DNA of 62,881 bases, the filler included, from Octopus bimaculoides (taxonomy: Eukaryota): NCBI RefSeq assembly GCF_001194135.2. It is 5 parts of 5 records of this genome, joined end to end, with 100 filler letters (N's around TTAATTAATTAA, not from the genome) between each part and the next. Parts side by side here need not be neighbours in the genome. Positions count along the whole stretch, not along the records: positions 53,053 to 58,593 come from NC_068981.1; positions 58,694 to 62,881 come from NC_069004.1; 3 more parts are not named here. One strand, written 5' to 3'. Below are positions 53,405 to 62,881 of this stretch, piece by piece. Each line of letters begins with the position of its first letter. Positions within the stretch are counted from its first letter, which is position 1. Below the pieces are notes generated by a model. It did no database searches and was not told the DNA's origin. It saw only the letters and a program-made list of their open reading frames with translations. The position numbers and the translations under genes were made by a program.

Positions 53405-55140
53405 TTGGTGTATCTGTATCATTGTAAACTGCTACAACTGCAAAGGAGATGCCTAAGAGAGCAGTAACTATAAAGGAATCAAACGAGTGGATCAGTTTAT
53501 GAAGGTCAAGGAGAATCATAGCACAATTGATCCCTTACAGAGTAGAGCTAGTGTGGTTTCTTGCCTGACAAGAGATACCACAAATGCAATCTTCCTAGTG
53601 AAGCAACTGCGAGAGAAGATATTTGACTAAGAATAAACTTCTGTTCCTGGATAACATCGGTTTAGAGAGGCATTTGATAGGATAACGTTTGATAATTTGA
53701 TGGCCATTGAGGAACTAGGTGCAGATGAATGTCTCATAAGGGCTGTATAAGCTATGTATAAAGATTCAATAAATTAAGTGAGATTTGACAACAATTACAG
53801 TGACAAATTTAGAGTGAGGGTAGGAGTCAATCAATGTTCAGTCCTGAGTTCTTGTCTGTTCATCATAGCTCTACTGATCATCACGGAGAAGTTTAAGGTT
53901 GAATATTCACAGGAACTCTTACATGCTGATGATCTAATCCTCACATTTGAATCTATGGGAGAATTAAAGAGGAAATTCCAATCATAGAAGCTAAACCTAG
54001 AACTGAGAGGCCTCAAGGTAAACTAAGCAAATACAAAAGTTTTAGTAGGGAAATAGCCTTGCTTGATATTCAGGAAAGAAGTAGCATAAACTCCATATGT
54101 AAGCTGTGGACACACAAAAAGTGTAGTGAAACCACAAGCAGACTAACAGAGAAAGTAAGCTTCATGTGCAACCGATGCACTGGAATAGTACACACTATGT
54201 GTATGCCAGAAGCAAACTCTCTTAAATGTTTGGCTAGATCACTAGAAGTGGTCAGCGGCTTTTGTTACTTCGGAGATTGTTGTATCATAATTGTTATGTA
54301 CAATAAATAAGATAACCAGACAACAGTAAAAACAATGTAATGGACAAACAAATATCTTTACGAACCAACAATCAATATTCCTTGTGAACTAACCAACCGA
54401 CAACTTCTAACTTCACTTTGAACTAACATGACTCTTCACTTGACTCTGGATTCTGAACTTCGAACTCACTCAGACCATTGCTATTTATACTTTACTCAGA
54501 CCAGCCTATCTCTTGCAAGGTGGTGTCTTAACTCTCATCACAACAGCAATATAATTAGCAAGGGAGGTGGTTGCTCTAAAAGTATAGTAGTAAGGGTATG
54601 AACTGGTTAGAAAAAGTTCAGAGAGCTTCTACTGGTGTTGGCAACAAAGGTCTTTTCTTTCAAGTGAAGGGCAAATTGTATGACACTTGTGTTAAAACTA
54701 TGATGTTGCATTGTAGTAAGACATAGACCTTGAATGCAAGGGACTTGAGGAGATGAGAAAGAAATGGAGTGAGCATGCTCCACTAGTTGTGCTACAAAAG
54801 TGTGCATAAATGACATGGTACGAATGTGCTGAGAGAAAAATTGGATATAAAAGGAATTGGATGTAGTATGCAAAAAGAAGATTGCTCTGGTATGGTCATG
54901 CCATGTGTGTGGAGAGGAGAGCAGTATAAAGACATGTCAATTGCTTAATGTGGATGGAGCTTGGAGAAGAAGGAGACCCAGAAAGACATGGGATAAAGTG
55001 GTGAAAGCTGACCTTGAACTTCATAGAAGAGATGAAAAAGAACTGTGATGACTGGCAATGTATAGTTCTCAAGGAAACCTGCCCAGTTCAGTGAAACTAA
55101 GTTCTGGAAATGCTGTGTGTATTTATGGGCATAACTGGGC
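53405..55140 (+). mobile_element. Decayed RTE-clade LINE (RT domain to 3' end), interrupted by a solo LTR
   Basis: CKGDA..SNYKGI, AIFLVKQL, RVGVNQCSVLSSCLFII, ELLHADDL (YADD variant), LEVV.GFCYFGD, RRLLWYGH and RRRRPRKTWDKVVKADL. Many stops and frameshifts. Confidence 0.9.
54278..54545 (-). mobile_element. 268-bp solo LTR
   Basis: TGTTGT...ACAACA termini and a TATAAATA box on the minus strand (about 54482-54489). Flanking 5-mers are GAGAT/GCAAT. Removing the insert plus one 5-mer restores RTE YFGDIISKGGGCSKSIV. Confidence 0.75.
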
Positions 55141-55689
55141 TCTTTGTCAAATTTCCTCCCCAAAACAGCCTTAATGCACTTCAGCTCTCTAACTGCTTTT
55201 TTGCCTTGATATCACCAATGTTTCTCACAACTCAGAACCATTTCACTCGAAATCTATCCTTAAAACTGTCCTCTCTGCCCTCATTTTAGAGAGATGTAGG
55301 GTGGGGTTAACAGATGCATGATGGTGGGGAGTGAGAGAGGGATGGATAAAAAGGATGAAAATCAGGGATGATAAAAATGATGATAAATACAGGAAGGGGT
55401 TGATGATAGTAGGACTGAAGGATGGATGTCAATAGTAAATGGCTCAAGGGAAGAGACTCAGTTGTGTGGTAAGGAAAGGAAAAGGGAAAAGAAAAAGAAG
55501 CAGCAATTGTAGACTGAGCAGAAACATTGGGCAAGGAACCAAGTATGAATATATATAACGTTTTCATAACCTCAATTGTATACATACATAATGTGCATAC
55601 AAATTATGCTTCCAGAAATTCAGTCACACTATGCTTACAAGGTTATGTGGGTCTTTTTGAGCTCTACATATAGCCGATCATCTCAGTCT

Positions 55690-56378
55690 TTTGTCATATT
55701 CTTCATGTGGCACAACACTCTGAGATCAGCCTTCACCACTTCATCCTACATCTTTCTGAGTTTCCTTCTTCCACAAGATCTATCTACTGTAAGCAATGAA
55801 TGATTCTTCATTCAGCTATCCTTATCTATATGCATAACATGGCCAAACCAATGCAGTCTTCTCTCTTGCACATTACATCTGATTCCTTCTATACCCAATT
55901 CTTCTCTCAATACATTTGTACTTTGTCTTTCAAACACACTGGCATTGTACATCCAGTGAAGCATGCTTATTTCATTTCTTTCTAGTATTTGAAGGTCATC
56001 TGTATTGAGGGCCCATGTCTCCCTAACATGTAGTATTGCAGCTTCTACAGAGATCATACAATCTATCTTTCACTCTGAGAGAGAAACCTTTTGTTGCCAA
56101 CAGAGATAAATGCTCCCTGAACTTTCTCTAGCCTGTTCTTACTTCAGCTACAATATTTTCAGAACATCCACCTTCATTGAGAATTAGGTTGCTCAGGAAA
56201 CTGAAGCTTTTATTACCTCTAGGCAATTGAGAACGTTTATTTTCTATGTACTCTTACTACTTATTATTTCTGTGCATTTGCTATATACAAAATCTGCTTT
56301 CTGTGTTAACCTACCGATGATTCTACTGCACCTCTTGTGTGTCTATAGCTTGCATTGAGTACCTCATATCCAATTTCT
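55690..56378 (-). mobile_element. Second decayed RTE LINE 3' fragment, opposite orientation
   Basis: Minus strand TQCKL*THKRC, ETWALNTDDLQILERNEISMLHW, QERRLHWFGHVM and DEVVKADL; homologous to the + copy. Confidence 0.9.
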
Positions 56379-58235
56379 ACACACACACACACACACAAGA
56401 AGGGTAATGTGGACAATAACGAGTGATCCACAATTGCCAGTATCTAATTACAATGGACATGTGAATAGTAATTTGGGTGTAGAACCATAAAAATAAAGAA
56501 AATAACAAGGAGAAGAGGAAAGCTGATAGTGAAAGTAATAACAACAACCGCAACAATAATAAGAAGAAGAAAATAATAATCACAGTACTACTACTACTAT
56601 CAATAATAGTAACACATGGGCACAGGAGTCAGGAGGAAGTAGTGCTATTATCCTCTCAAATTTATGCAAATTTTTTTTAAATCCAAAGGAAAAAATATCA
56701 GTGAAACTAAGATTAATGAATTTTAAGAATGATGGCAAATTGCTTGCTAACACTCAACCAATATTGTTGATAAACAATCATCTTGAATTTGTTACAGTTA
56801 AATTTGGAGTGGAGTTCAAGGAAGAGTGAGGAGTAGAGAATATAACGCCATGCTTTTATTTCTCCTGGTTAACTCCTTTCTGACACTCCAGTTTCGTTTT
56901 CATCTATTACAGAAAAATCCTTGATCTTTATATTTCGATTCTGATGTAACAATGTTTAAAGTGTAAAGCAGAACACACTGACTATAAAATCTATTTACAG
57001 TAATGTCAGTCAACACTATATGGGGCGCTCTTCCCTCAATGCATGGCTTGTTCTTGTCAGGCACCAAACTGAAATTATGGTAAAATGAAAAGCTAAAAAA
57101 AAACAAGGAAAGAAAAAACTCATAAAAGGTTTAATCATCAACACATCAGATATTTAGAATGCAGTAAGCAAACAGACTATGATTACAAAAAAAAACTCCA
57201 TCGTATTATGACTGTTCATGCCTGTCAGACTGTGACTTTTAGTTCAGTGCTTGAAAATCACAACAAACATTGAGTGCATTTTTTTTTTTATAAAACATTC
57301 CATGCCTAATCTTTCAGGTAAAGGAAAAAGTGATAATGATAAAATTATTAAAAGCAATAATAACCAATATGAACTCACAAGCCACTAACAGCTTTCTCAG
57401 CAGTGGTGATTAGGATATTACAAAAAAATTTTGAGTATCTACAGAGCTAAAGTTCTCTGAATCTGATAAATATTTTGCATGATGAATTTAATGATGAAGT
57501 GAATGCGATCCATGAATCCCCATTCGCTCTGAAGGACTATATCATGAAAAATGGGTCAAATCTGTCAATTTTGATTCATTATAAAGTCAAAGAATTTGGT
57601 AAGGCATCAAATTTGAGAGATTTCAAAAGTGAGCAATTTGAACTTCCCTCTTAGCTTGCTTATGACATTCACAAATGTCAAACTTTGTTTTTATCCATGG
57701 AAAGTGTTAATATATAGTAACAATTTTACTTTTGAAAACTAGAAGAAAATGAACAAGCTAGCAGCAAAGCATTAAATGTAGGTATTAGGTCACACTAAAT
57801 ACTATATACAAACAGCAAGTAGTGCAGAACCAAGAGTACTTGAAAAGTATTACTGATACTCTATTGTTCAATGTCCAGTACAACAGTTGCTTGATAAGGT
57901 CACAGAGAGGACCATAAGAGCTAATCAGAGACTTTACAACTTTCTAGAAGTTAGTCCCAAATGACCACTATGCATTACAGTTCGCAGAGAACAAACCTCA
58001 GAGTATAACAATGTGGTCCAGAGGTTATAAAGAAATGAAATCTGGGGTGGGGCAATTACCTCATATCATGAAAATATTGCATGATATGACAAATGATTGA
58101 AATGTCAAATATATACAGATGGCAATGTATTAATACCCGAATGCAATTTGTGATTTTTGTGGAATTCCATATAAAATTGTAATGTTGTTAACTATCGAGT
58201 ATACATTTACAACAAAGAGCCATTGCAACTCATTA

Positions 58236-58593
58236 TCTTAATATATAAATCTGAAATTGTGTGTTTGTGTGAAGCCTTTTTGAATGTTTATAGAAATCCA
58301 CATTTTCCACTTTTTTGTAAAAATTTTTACATCAACGGAATTTTCTCGATCTGAACTTTCCAGTGCAGTAATTAGATTTTTTAAATTCCGTTTACTTTGT
58401 GTGATTTAAGGGAGATTTGGCTGTTGTTTCTAGCAACTTTTATATTTCATCCCTGCTACCTGGAACGCCATTCTTACACACGCGCTCAACATAAAAATAT
58501 AGAGAGTAAAAGTAAAAGAGGGAGAGGGAGAGAGAGAGAAAGTGATACATACAACGTCATAGATTAAACTTTCATCTCAGTATTCTTTACCTA
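58236..58593 (+). mobile_element. Probable Helitron 5' terminus
   Basis: A|TCTTAATATATAAATCTGAAATTGTGTG resembles Helitron 5' TC ends. It is separated from the PIF1 fragment by an artificial linker, so continuity is unproven. Confidence 0.5.
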
Positions 58594-58693
58594 NNNNNNN
58601 NNNNNNNNNNNNNNNNNNNNNNNNNNNNNNNNNNNNNTTAATTAATTAANNNNNNNNNNNNNNNNNNNNNNNNNNNNNNNNNNNNNNNNNNNN
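58594..58693. other. Artificial scaffolding linker
   Basis: 44N-TTAATTAATTAA-44N. Confidence 0.97.
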
Positions 58694-59065
58694 TTTCCCA
58701 ACTTTAAACAAAACTACCAAAATCACAATTGGCTATGTGAAAGAGCAATATTAGCTCCAAAAAACGTAGCTGTTACAAAAATTAATCAACACCTGATGCA
58801 TTCTCTTCCCGGCAATCTTCAAACTTACAAGTCTGTTGATACAGTTCCAGATACAAATGAAGTGGTGAACAATCCTCCTGAATTTCTCAATTCGTTGGAG
58901 CCTCCAGGACTACCTCCCCACATATTATCACTTAAAGTTGGAACGCCTGTTATACTGCTCCGCAATCTGAAACCACCAAGACTTTGCAATGGAACACGAC
59001 TCGTGATAAAGAAAATGATGTCACACGTTATCGAGGCTACCATTCTTTCTGGATGTGCAAAAGGG
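58694..59065 (+). mobile_element. Helitron PIF1-type helicase fragment
   Basis: Stop-free FPNFKQNYQNHNWLCERAILAPKN...EFLNSLEPPGLPPHILSLKVGTPVILLRNL.PPRLCNGTRL...IEATILSGCAKG, a canonical Helitron helicase segment. Confidence 0.92.
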
Positions 59066-59139
59066 GTTTATATTGTGTGTATTTTATGTTGAAAATAATT
59101 TTTCTGAAGTCGTAGTGTATGCATGTATATATTTATTCT

Positions 59140-59615
59140 GTTAATAATGATAATCGTATTTTATAAACTTATTAGCGATCACTTTGTAACGACTAAAGAA
59201 AATAGTCTAGTAATGAGGCATATAAGTCCTTGACAGAAAAAGAAGTAGGTTTTCCCATACTCATGGGACTTCCAACCTGCACTTCTTTGTTTTCGCGCCA
59301 AGTATACTACCATCACACTGGCGCACAACCTGCTTCATTCAGTCAGATTTAAGAACTATGATTAGTTTGAAAGTTTGTTTTTGCAAACAAACTTTCATGT
59401 GCTCTGACTGCGATGGTTTTTGTTAAGCAGCATCGATTTTTACAATTCTGTGAATAATAATAATAATGTTTTATAAGCTTTAAAGCTTATAAGTGATCAC
59501 CGCGCAAAGACTACAGAAAATAGGTAAATAACAGAGCATATAAGCCCTCGACAGAAAAAATATGTTTTCTCGTATGCGTGGGATTTGAACCCACACCTCT
59601 TTGCTTTTGCATTCC
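59140..59615 (-). mobile_element. Two diverged copies of a short tRNA-derived SINE (family D): about 59140-59330 and 59455-59615
   Basis: B-box-like ggttcaaatccc / ggttggaagtccc, shared ttttctgtc.agg.cttatatgc body and (ATT)n tail. Confidence 0.6.
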
Positions 59616-60503
59616 CTACCCTCCCGTTTTTGAGAACAAAAATAAGGGGTTTTCCACACGTTAGGAGGTCAGGGTACTTGATTCCATGACAAAAAATCCG
59701 AGTTTTTTCCTTTAGGGAAAATCATCAGGGTGAAGGTATCAAAATTTACCAATTTTGTTTTTAATCCACGTACAAAATTAGAGAGATTACAAATCTGAGA
59801 TTTTTTTTAAATCAAAATTTTTGCGGCTGTAAGGTGGTGTGGAAAACATTTGTTTTTATAATGTGGATTGAAAAAATATTCCCACTTTCTCTTACATATC
59901 CAACTTTCTATTGGTATTAGATCTTTTTCACAGCTTCCACCTGTAATCAACAGTTTTGCTTATTTCTGATTTTTTTGACATTTTTATTGTTTCTTTGTTT
60001 GGACTTTATTCTCCTAATTATTTCCAACTTTGATTTTCGAGATGGATTAGATAATTGCAAATATGGTCTGTAAACATAACTTATTTATCTGTACATTTTC
60101 ATAAATGTTTATTACGGGATCACCCTTACAAATACGTGCGCACAGTTCTTGGGGGCTTATCGATTATTGCTGAAGTTCGCCACAAGTTTTTCTTTTGAAA
60201 TTAAGAAAGATATATAAGAATAACTTCTTTTGCACACACACACACACATATACACTCTAGGTAAAATTTCTGTATGAATTGTAAAATTACAGCTCAACTT
60301 CAATTAAAATGACTTTTTTTTTTATTTTGTAATTCATATTTGTGATGAGACTGTNNNNNNNNNNNNNNNNNNNNNNNNNNNNNNNNNNNNNNNNNNNNNN
60401 NNNNNNNNNNNNNNNNNNNNNNNNNNNNNNNNNNNNNNNNNNNNNNNNNNNNNNNNNNNNNNNNNNNNNNNNNNNNNNNNNNNNNNNNNNNNNNNNNNNN
60501 NNN

Positions 60504-61051
60504 CAGAAGCCCTCTTAAAACAGGCACTGTGACCATCGTGAAAATGGAGCTGCAGAGTGAAGTGGGAGAGATATACACTGCTGGATCAAAGAATATTCTA
60601 ATCGACCAGCCAAGGAAAGATAATCTTTTAATAAGTGGATATGATCAATTGCCGAGTCCATCAGCCAATGTAGAGGTGTCTGAGAAAAGCATGAAGAGCC
60701 TTCCCAGTGAAGTTATTCCTCAGTCGGGATCAGTTGTTGATGAATCGGAAGACAGCGAAGATGTAAAGATGATGAGTGAAGAACACAAGAAATGGCTGCA
60801 GGTCAACCGTGTGGAGTTAGTGCAGAATTTGATCCCGGATGAGGTATCTGATCATTTGTTGGGGAAGAATGTATTAACAATGTCTGAAAAGGACCGAATC
60901 AAAGCTGAAGGAGCGTCCATGAATAAAAAACTCATTGATACAATCATGTGCAAACCGGATAAGGCTTTCTTTGTGTTCGTAGAAGCCCTGAAGCAAACTA
61001 ATCAACCCCATTTGGCCAATTTGCTGTCCCCTGCAAAGAAGCGAAAACAAG
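60504..61051 (+). CDS. Coding exon of a CARD (caspase recruitment domain) protein; 5' boundary uncertain because it abuts an N gap
   Basis: The frame is open from the gap edge (RSPLKTGTVTIVKMELQ...). Aa MSEEHKKWLQVNRVELVQNLIPDEVSDHLLGKNVLTMSEKDRIKAEGASMNKKLIDTIMCKPDKAFFVFVEALKQTNQPHLANLL fits the six-helix CARD pattern of caspase-2/CRADD (NRV.L, HLL.K, AF..F.EAL..T.Q.HL), compared from memory. It ends at donor CAAG|gtaatt (GT at 61052-53), phase 1. Confidence 0.88.
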
Positions 61052-61234
61052 GTAATTTCTTCATACACAAATACACCCACCCACTCTTTCTCTCTCACAC
61101 ACACACACACACACATTCTCTCGCACACATGCATGTGAATAGGTAGTTTCTTGTCATTATAAAACCTGCTTAACCATGTCAGGCAGAGTTTATAATGACA
61201 AGAAATGTTTAGTGGCTCTCAATTTAATACTTTA

Positions 61235-61453
61235 TACTCTTTTACTCTTTTACTTGTTTCAGTCATTTGACTGCGGCCATGCTGGAGCACCGCCTTTAGT
61301 CGAGCAAATCGACCCCAGGACTTATTCTTTGTAAGCCTAGTACTTATTCTATCGGTCTCTTTTGCCGAACCGCTAAGTTACGGGGACATAAACACACCAG
61401 CATCTGTTATCAAGCGATGTTGGGGGGACAAACACAGACATACAAACATATAG

Positions 61454-61498
<45 letters not shown>

Positions 61499-61663
61499 TA
61501 CGACGGGCTTCTTTCAGTTTCCGTCTACCAAATCCACTCACAAGGCTTTGGTCAGCCCGAGGCTATAGTAGAAGACACTTGCCCAAAGTGCCACGCAGTG
61601 GGAATGAACCCAGAACCATGTGGTTGGTAAGCAAGCTACTTACCACACAGCCACTCCTGCGCC
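61235..61663 (-). mobile_element. Full-length tRNA-derived SINE, family A (CORE-like head), in the CARD gene intron
   Basis: Minus strand GCAGGAGTGGCTGTGTGGTAAG (A box), GGGTTCATTCCC (B box), internal TA microsatellite and (GAGTAAAA)n tail. Nearly identical to the copies at 18.2 and 21.7 kb. Confidence 0.92.
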
Positions 61664-61819
61664 TATACATTAAATGATATTTATCTTCAAGCAGATGGAG
61701 GACATTTTTTTGTTGATCTTAACTCAATGGAACACAAACCTGTGTGTATGTGTATTATGTATGTACATATGTATACACACACAGACACGTGTATATTAGT
61801 GTATACATATATAAATACA

Positions 61820-61970
61820 TGCAATAGGTTCTTTTCTGTTGTTTTCAAAATCCACCCAGAAGGCTTTGTTTGGGCCACGGCTATAATAGAAATCACAGAG
61901 CCAAGGTGCCACACAGTCGGACTGAACCTAACATCACATGCTTGGAAAGCAAACTACATACCACAGACCC
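61820..61970 (-). mobile_element. Degenerate family A SINE head
   Basis: ccaaggtgccacacagtcggactgaacc...taccacag. Confidence 0.7.
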
Positions 61971-62137
61971 ATACACATACATAAATACATACACACACAC
62001 ACACCTATGTAAGCACATATCATATGAGTGTGTATATGTAGAAGTCAGTGTGTTTGTATGTGATGTCAGTTCACTTGATTATGTTACTACTGCTGATAAT
62101 GATGATGTTGATGATAATTTTTTTTCTTTCTACTCAG

Positions 62138-62181
62138 TGTCTGGTGGAGAAAATGCCAATGCAAAAAGAATGGTCATGCAG
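62138..62181 (+). CDS. 44-bp next coding exon of the CARD gene (VSGGENANAKRMVMQ)
   Basis: Acceptor tttttttctttctactcag|TG and donor GCAG|gtgagt. Phase-1 entry (G+TG) matches the CARD exon, followed by 14 open codons and a phase-0 exit (2+42=44). Confidence 0.8.
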
Positions 62182-62541
62182 GTGAGTCAGTTGATTTCAT
62201 TCTGAAGTATTTCATAATTTATACTAATATGGAAAAGAAGTGCGTGTGTGTATATATATATATATATATATTAGAAATAACGAATTTCTAAATCTCTCAG
62301 AGAGACTTAAGCAGTAGTGATGCGATAAAGTAGTTGTTCCCAATAAGGGAATATACTACTGCTGTTTAGCCCTAGGAAGCCAGACCACTTCCTATTAGGC
62401 CTTGACACACTTTCTGTGCCCTTATCCTTACGAAGGGGAGACAAACTCCTCCAGCCAGCCCAGCCTGCATTCAGGGACATGTTTCTGAGTCTTTGCTCAT
62501 CATCAGCTTATATATGTATATATAAATAAATATATATATGT

Positions 62542-62881
62542 ATGTGGAGTGGTGTGAAAGCATTTGAAGAGGCCAGGATGATGCAAGCAGGGCTCAAGAG
62601 ACATTTAAGGAAAAAGGTGAAGACTGAGAAGGTGAATGACAAGGACCTTTTTGTGTGCACAGTCTGTGACAGACCATGTCTGTCCTTGGCTGGCCTCAAA
62701 TCTCACCTGCGAACCCATGGAAAACAAACCTCATCCAGCTATTCTGATTATATGTCTGTGCACACGTTTGAATGTGGTGTGTGCCAGAGGGTTTGCAAAT
62801 CCAATGGGGGTCTTAAAAGACATGTTAGGATCCACAATGAGCAGAACTTACTTGCAGGTATTGGTAGTGCAAATCAGAGGT
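62542..62881 (+). mobile_element. 5'-truncated RTE-clade LINE, ORF2 C-terminus with two C2H2 zinc fingers; runs off the window end
   Basis: Open frame from ATG 62542: MWSGVKAFEEARMMQAGLKRHLRKK...CTVCDRPCLSLAGLKSHLRTH...FECGVCQRVCKSNGGLKRHVRIH. The GV.AFEE.R...KR..RK...C..C.R.C.S..GL.SH.R.H signature is typical of RTE/BovB ORF2 ends. It starts abruptly after a (TA)n tract. Confidence 0.8.

Noticed and set aside
59172-59211. Helitron 3' end (weak hairpin + CTAG|T)
   Set aside because: The CTAG lies inside a family D SINE body whose sister copy (about 59520) lacks it, so it is coincidental.
59649-59847. 11-bp inverted repeat GTTTTCCACAC/GTGTGGAAAAC as MITE TIRs
   Set aside because: No TSD, short and AT-context; may be chance or internal to a larger element.
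62181-62600. Direct splicing of the CARD gene into the RTE zinc fingers
   Set aside because: No pyrimidine-tract acceptor in the required phase 0 before the fingers; the nearest AGs give the wrong frame or a stop.

Overview
Eukaryotic, AT-rich, heavily gapped scaffold window. The SINE families and microsatellite load point to an octopus (coleoid cephalopod) genome; this is an inference from recognising the repeats, not a database result. Most of the window is intronic or intergenic. It contains: four tRNA-derived SINE families; micro- and minisatellites; a decayed Tigger/pogo transposase; a decayed mariner transposase; a Tigger-type MITE; RTE, R4/Dong and L1/Tx1-like LINE fragments; a solo LTR; and a Helitron PIF1 fragment. 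There are many N gaps and four artificial 100-bp linkers (44N-TTAATTAATTAA-44N). Almost all ORF-track entries are artefacts of microsatellites or N runs. One host gene is well supported: two phase-compatible + strand exons (about 60504-61051 and 62138-62181) encoding a caspase-2/CRADD-type CARD, which follows an acidic linker and precedes an NLS-like motif. A second candidate gene has a signal-peptide-like first coding exon at 20172-20241. No CRISPR array, rRNA or intact tRNA gene is supported, and I cannot demonstrate a new biological system from this sequence. The best leads are the CARD gene with a 59-nt intronic hairpin and an intact two-finger RTE C-terminus just downstream, the candidate secreted-protein gene, a strand-switching (fold-back) minisatellite, a Tigger-mariner chimeric junction, and chains of SINEs inserted into (AAT)n. 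All alignments and identities were done by eye, and repeat boundaries are approximate.
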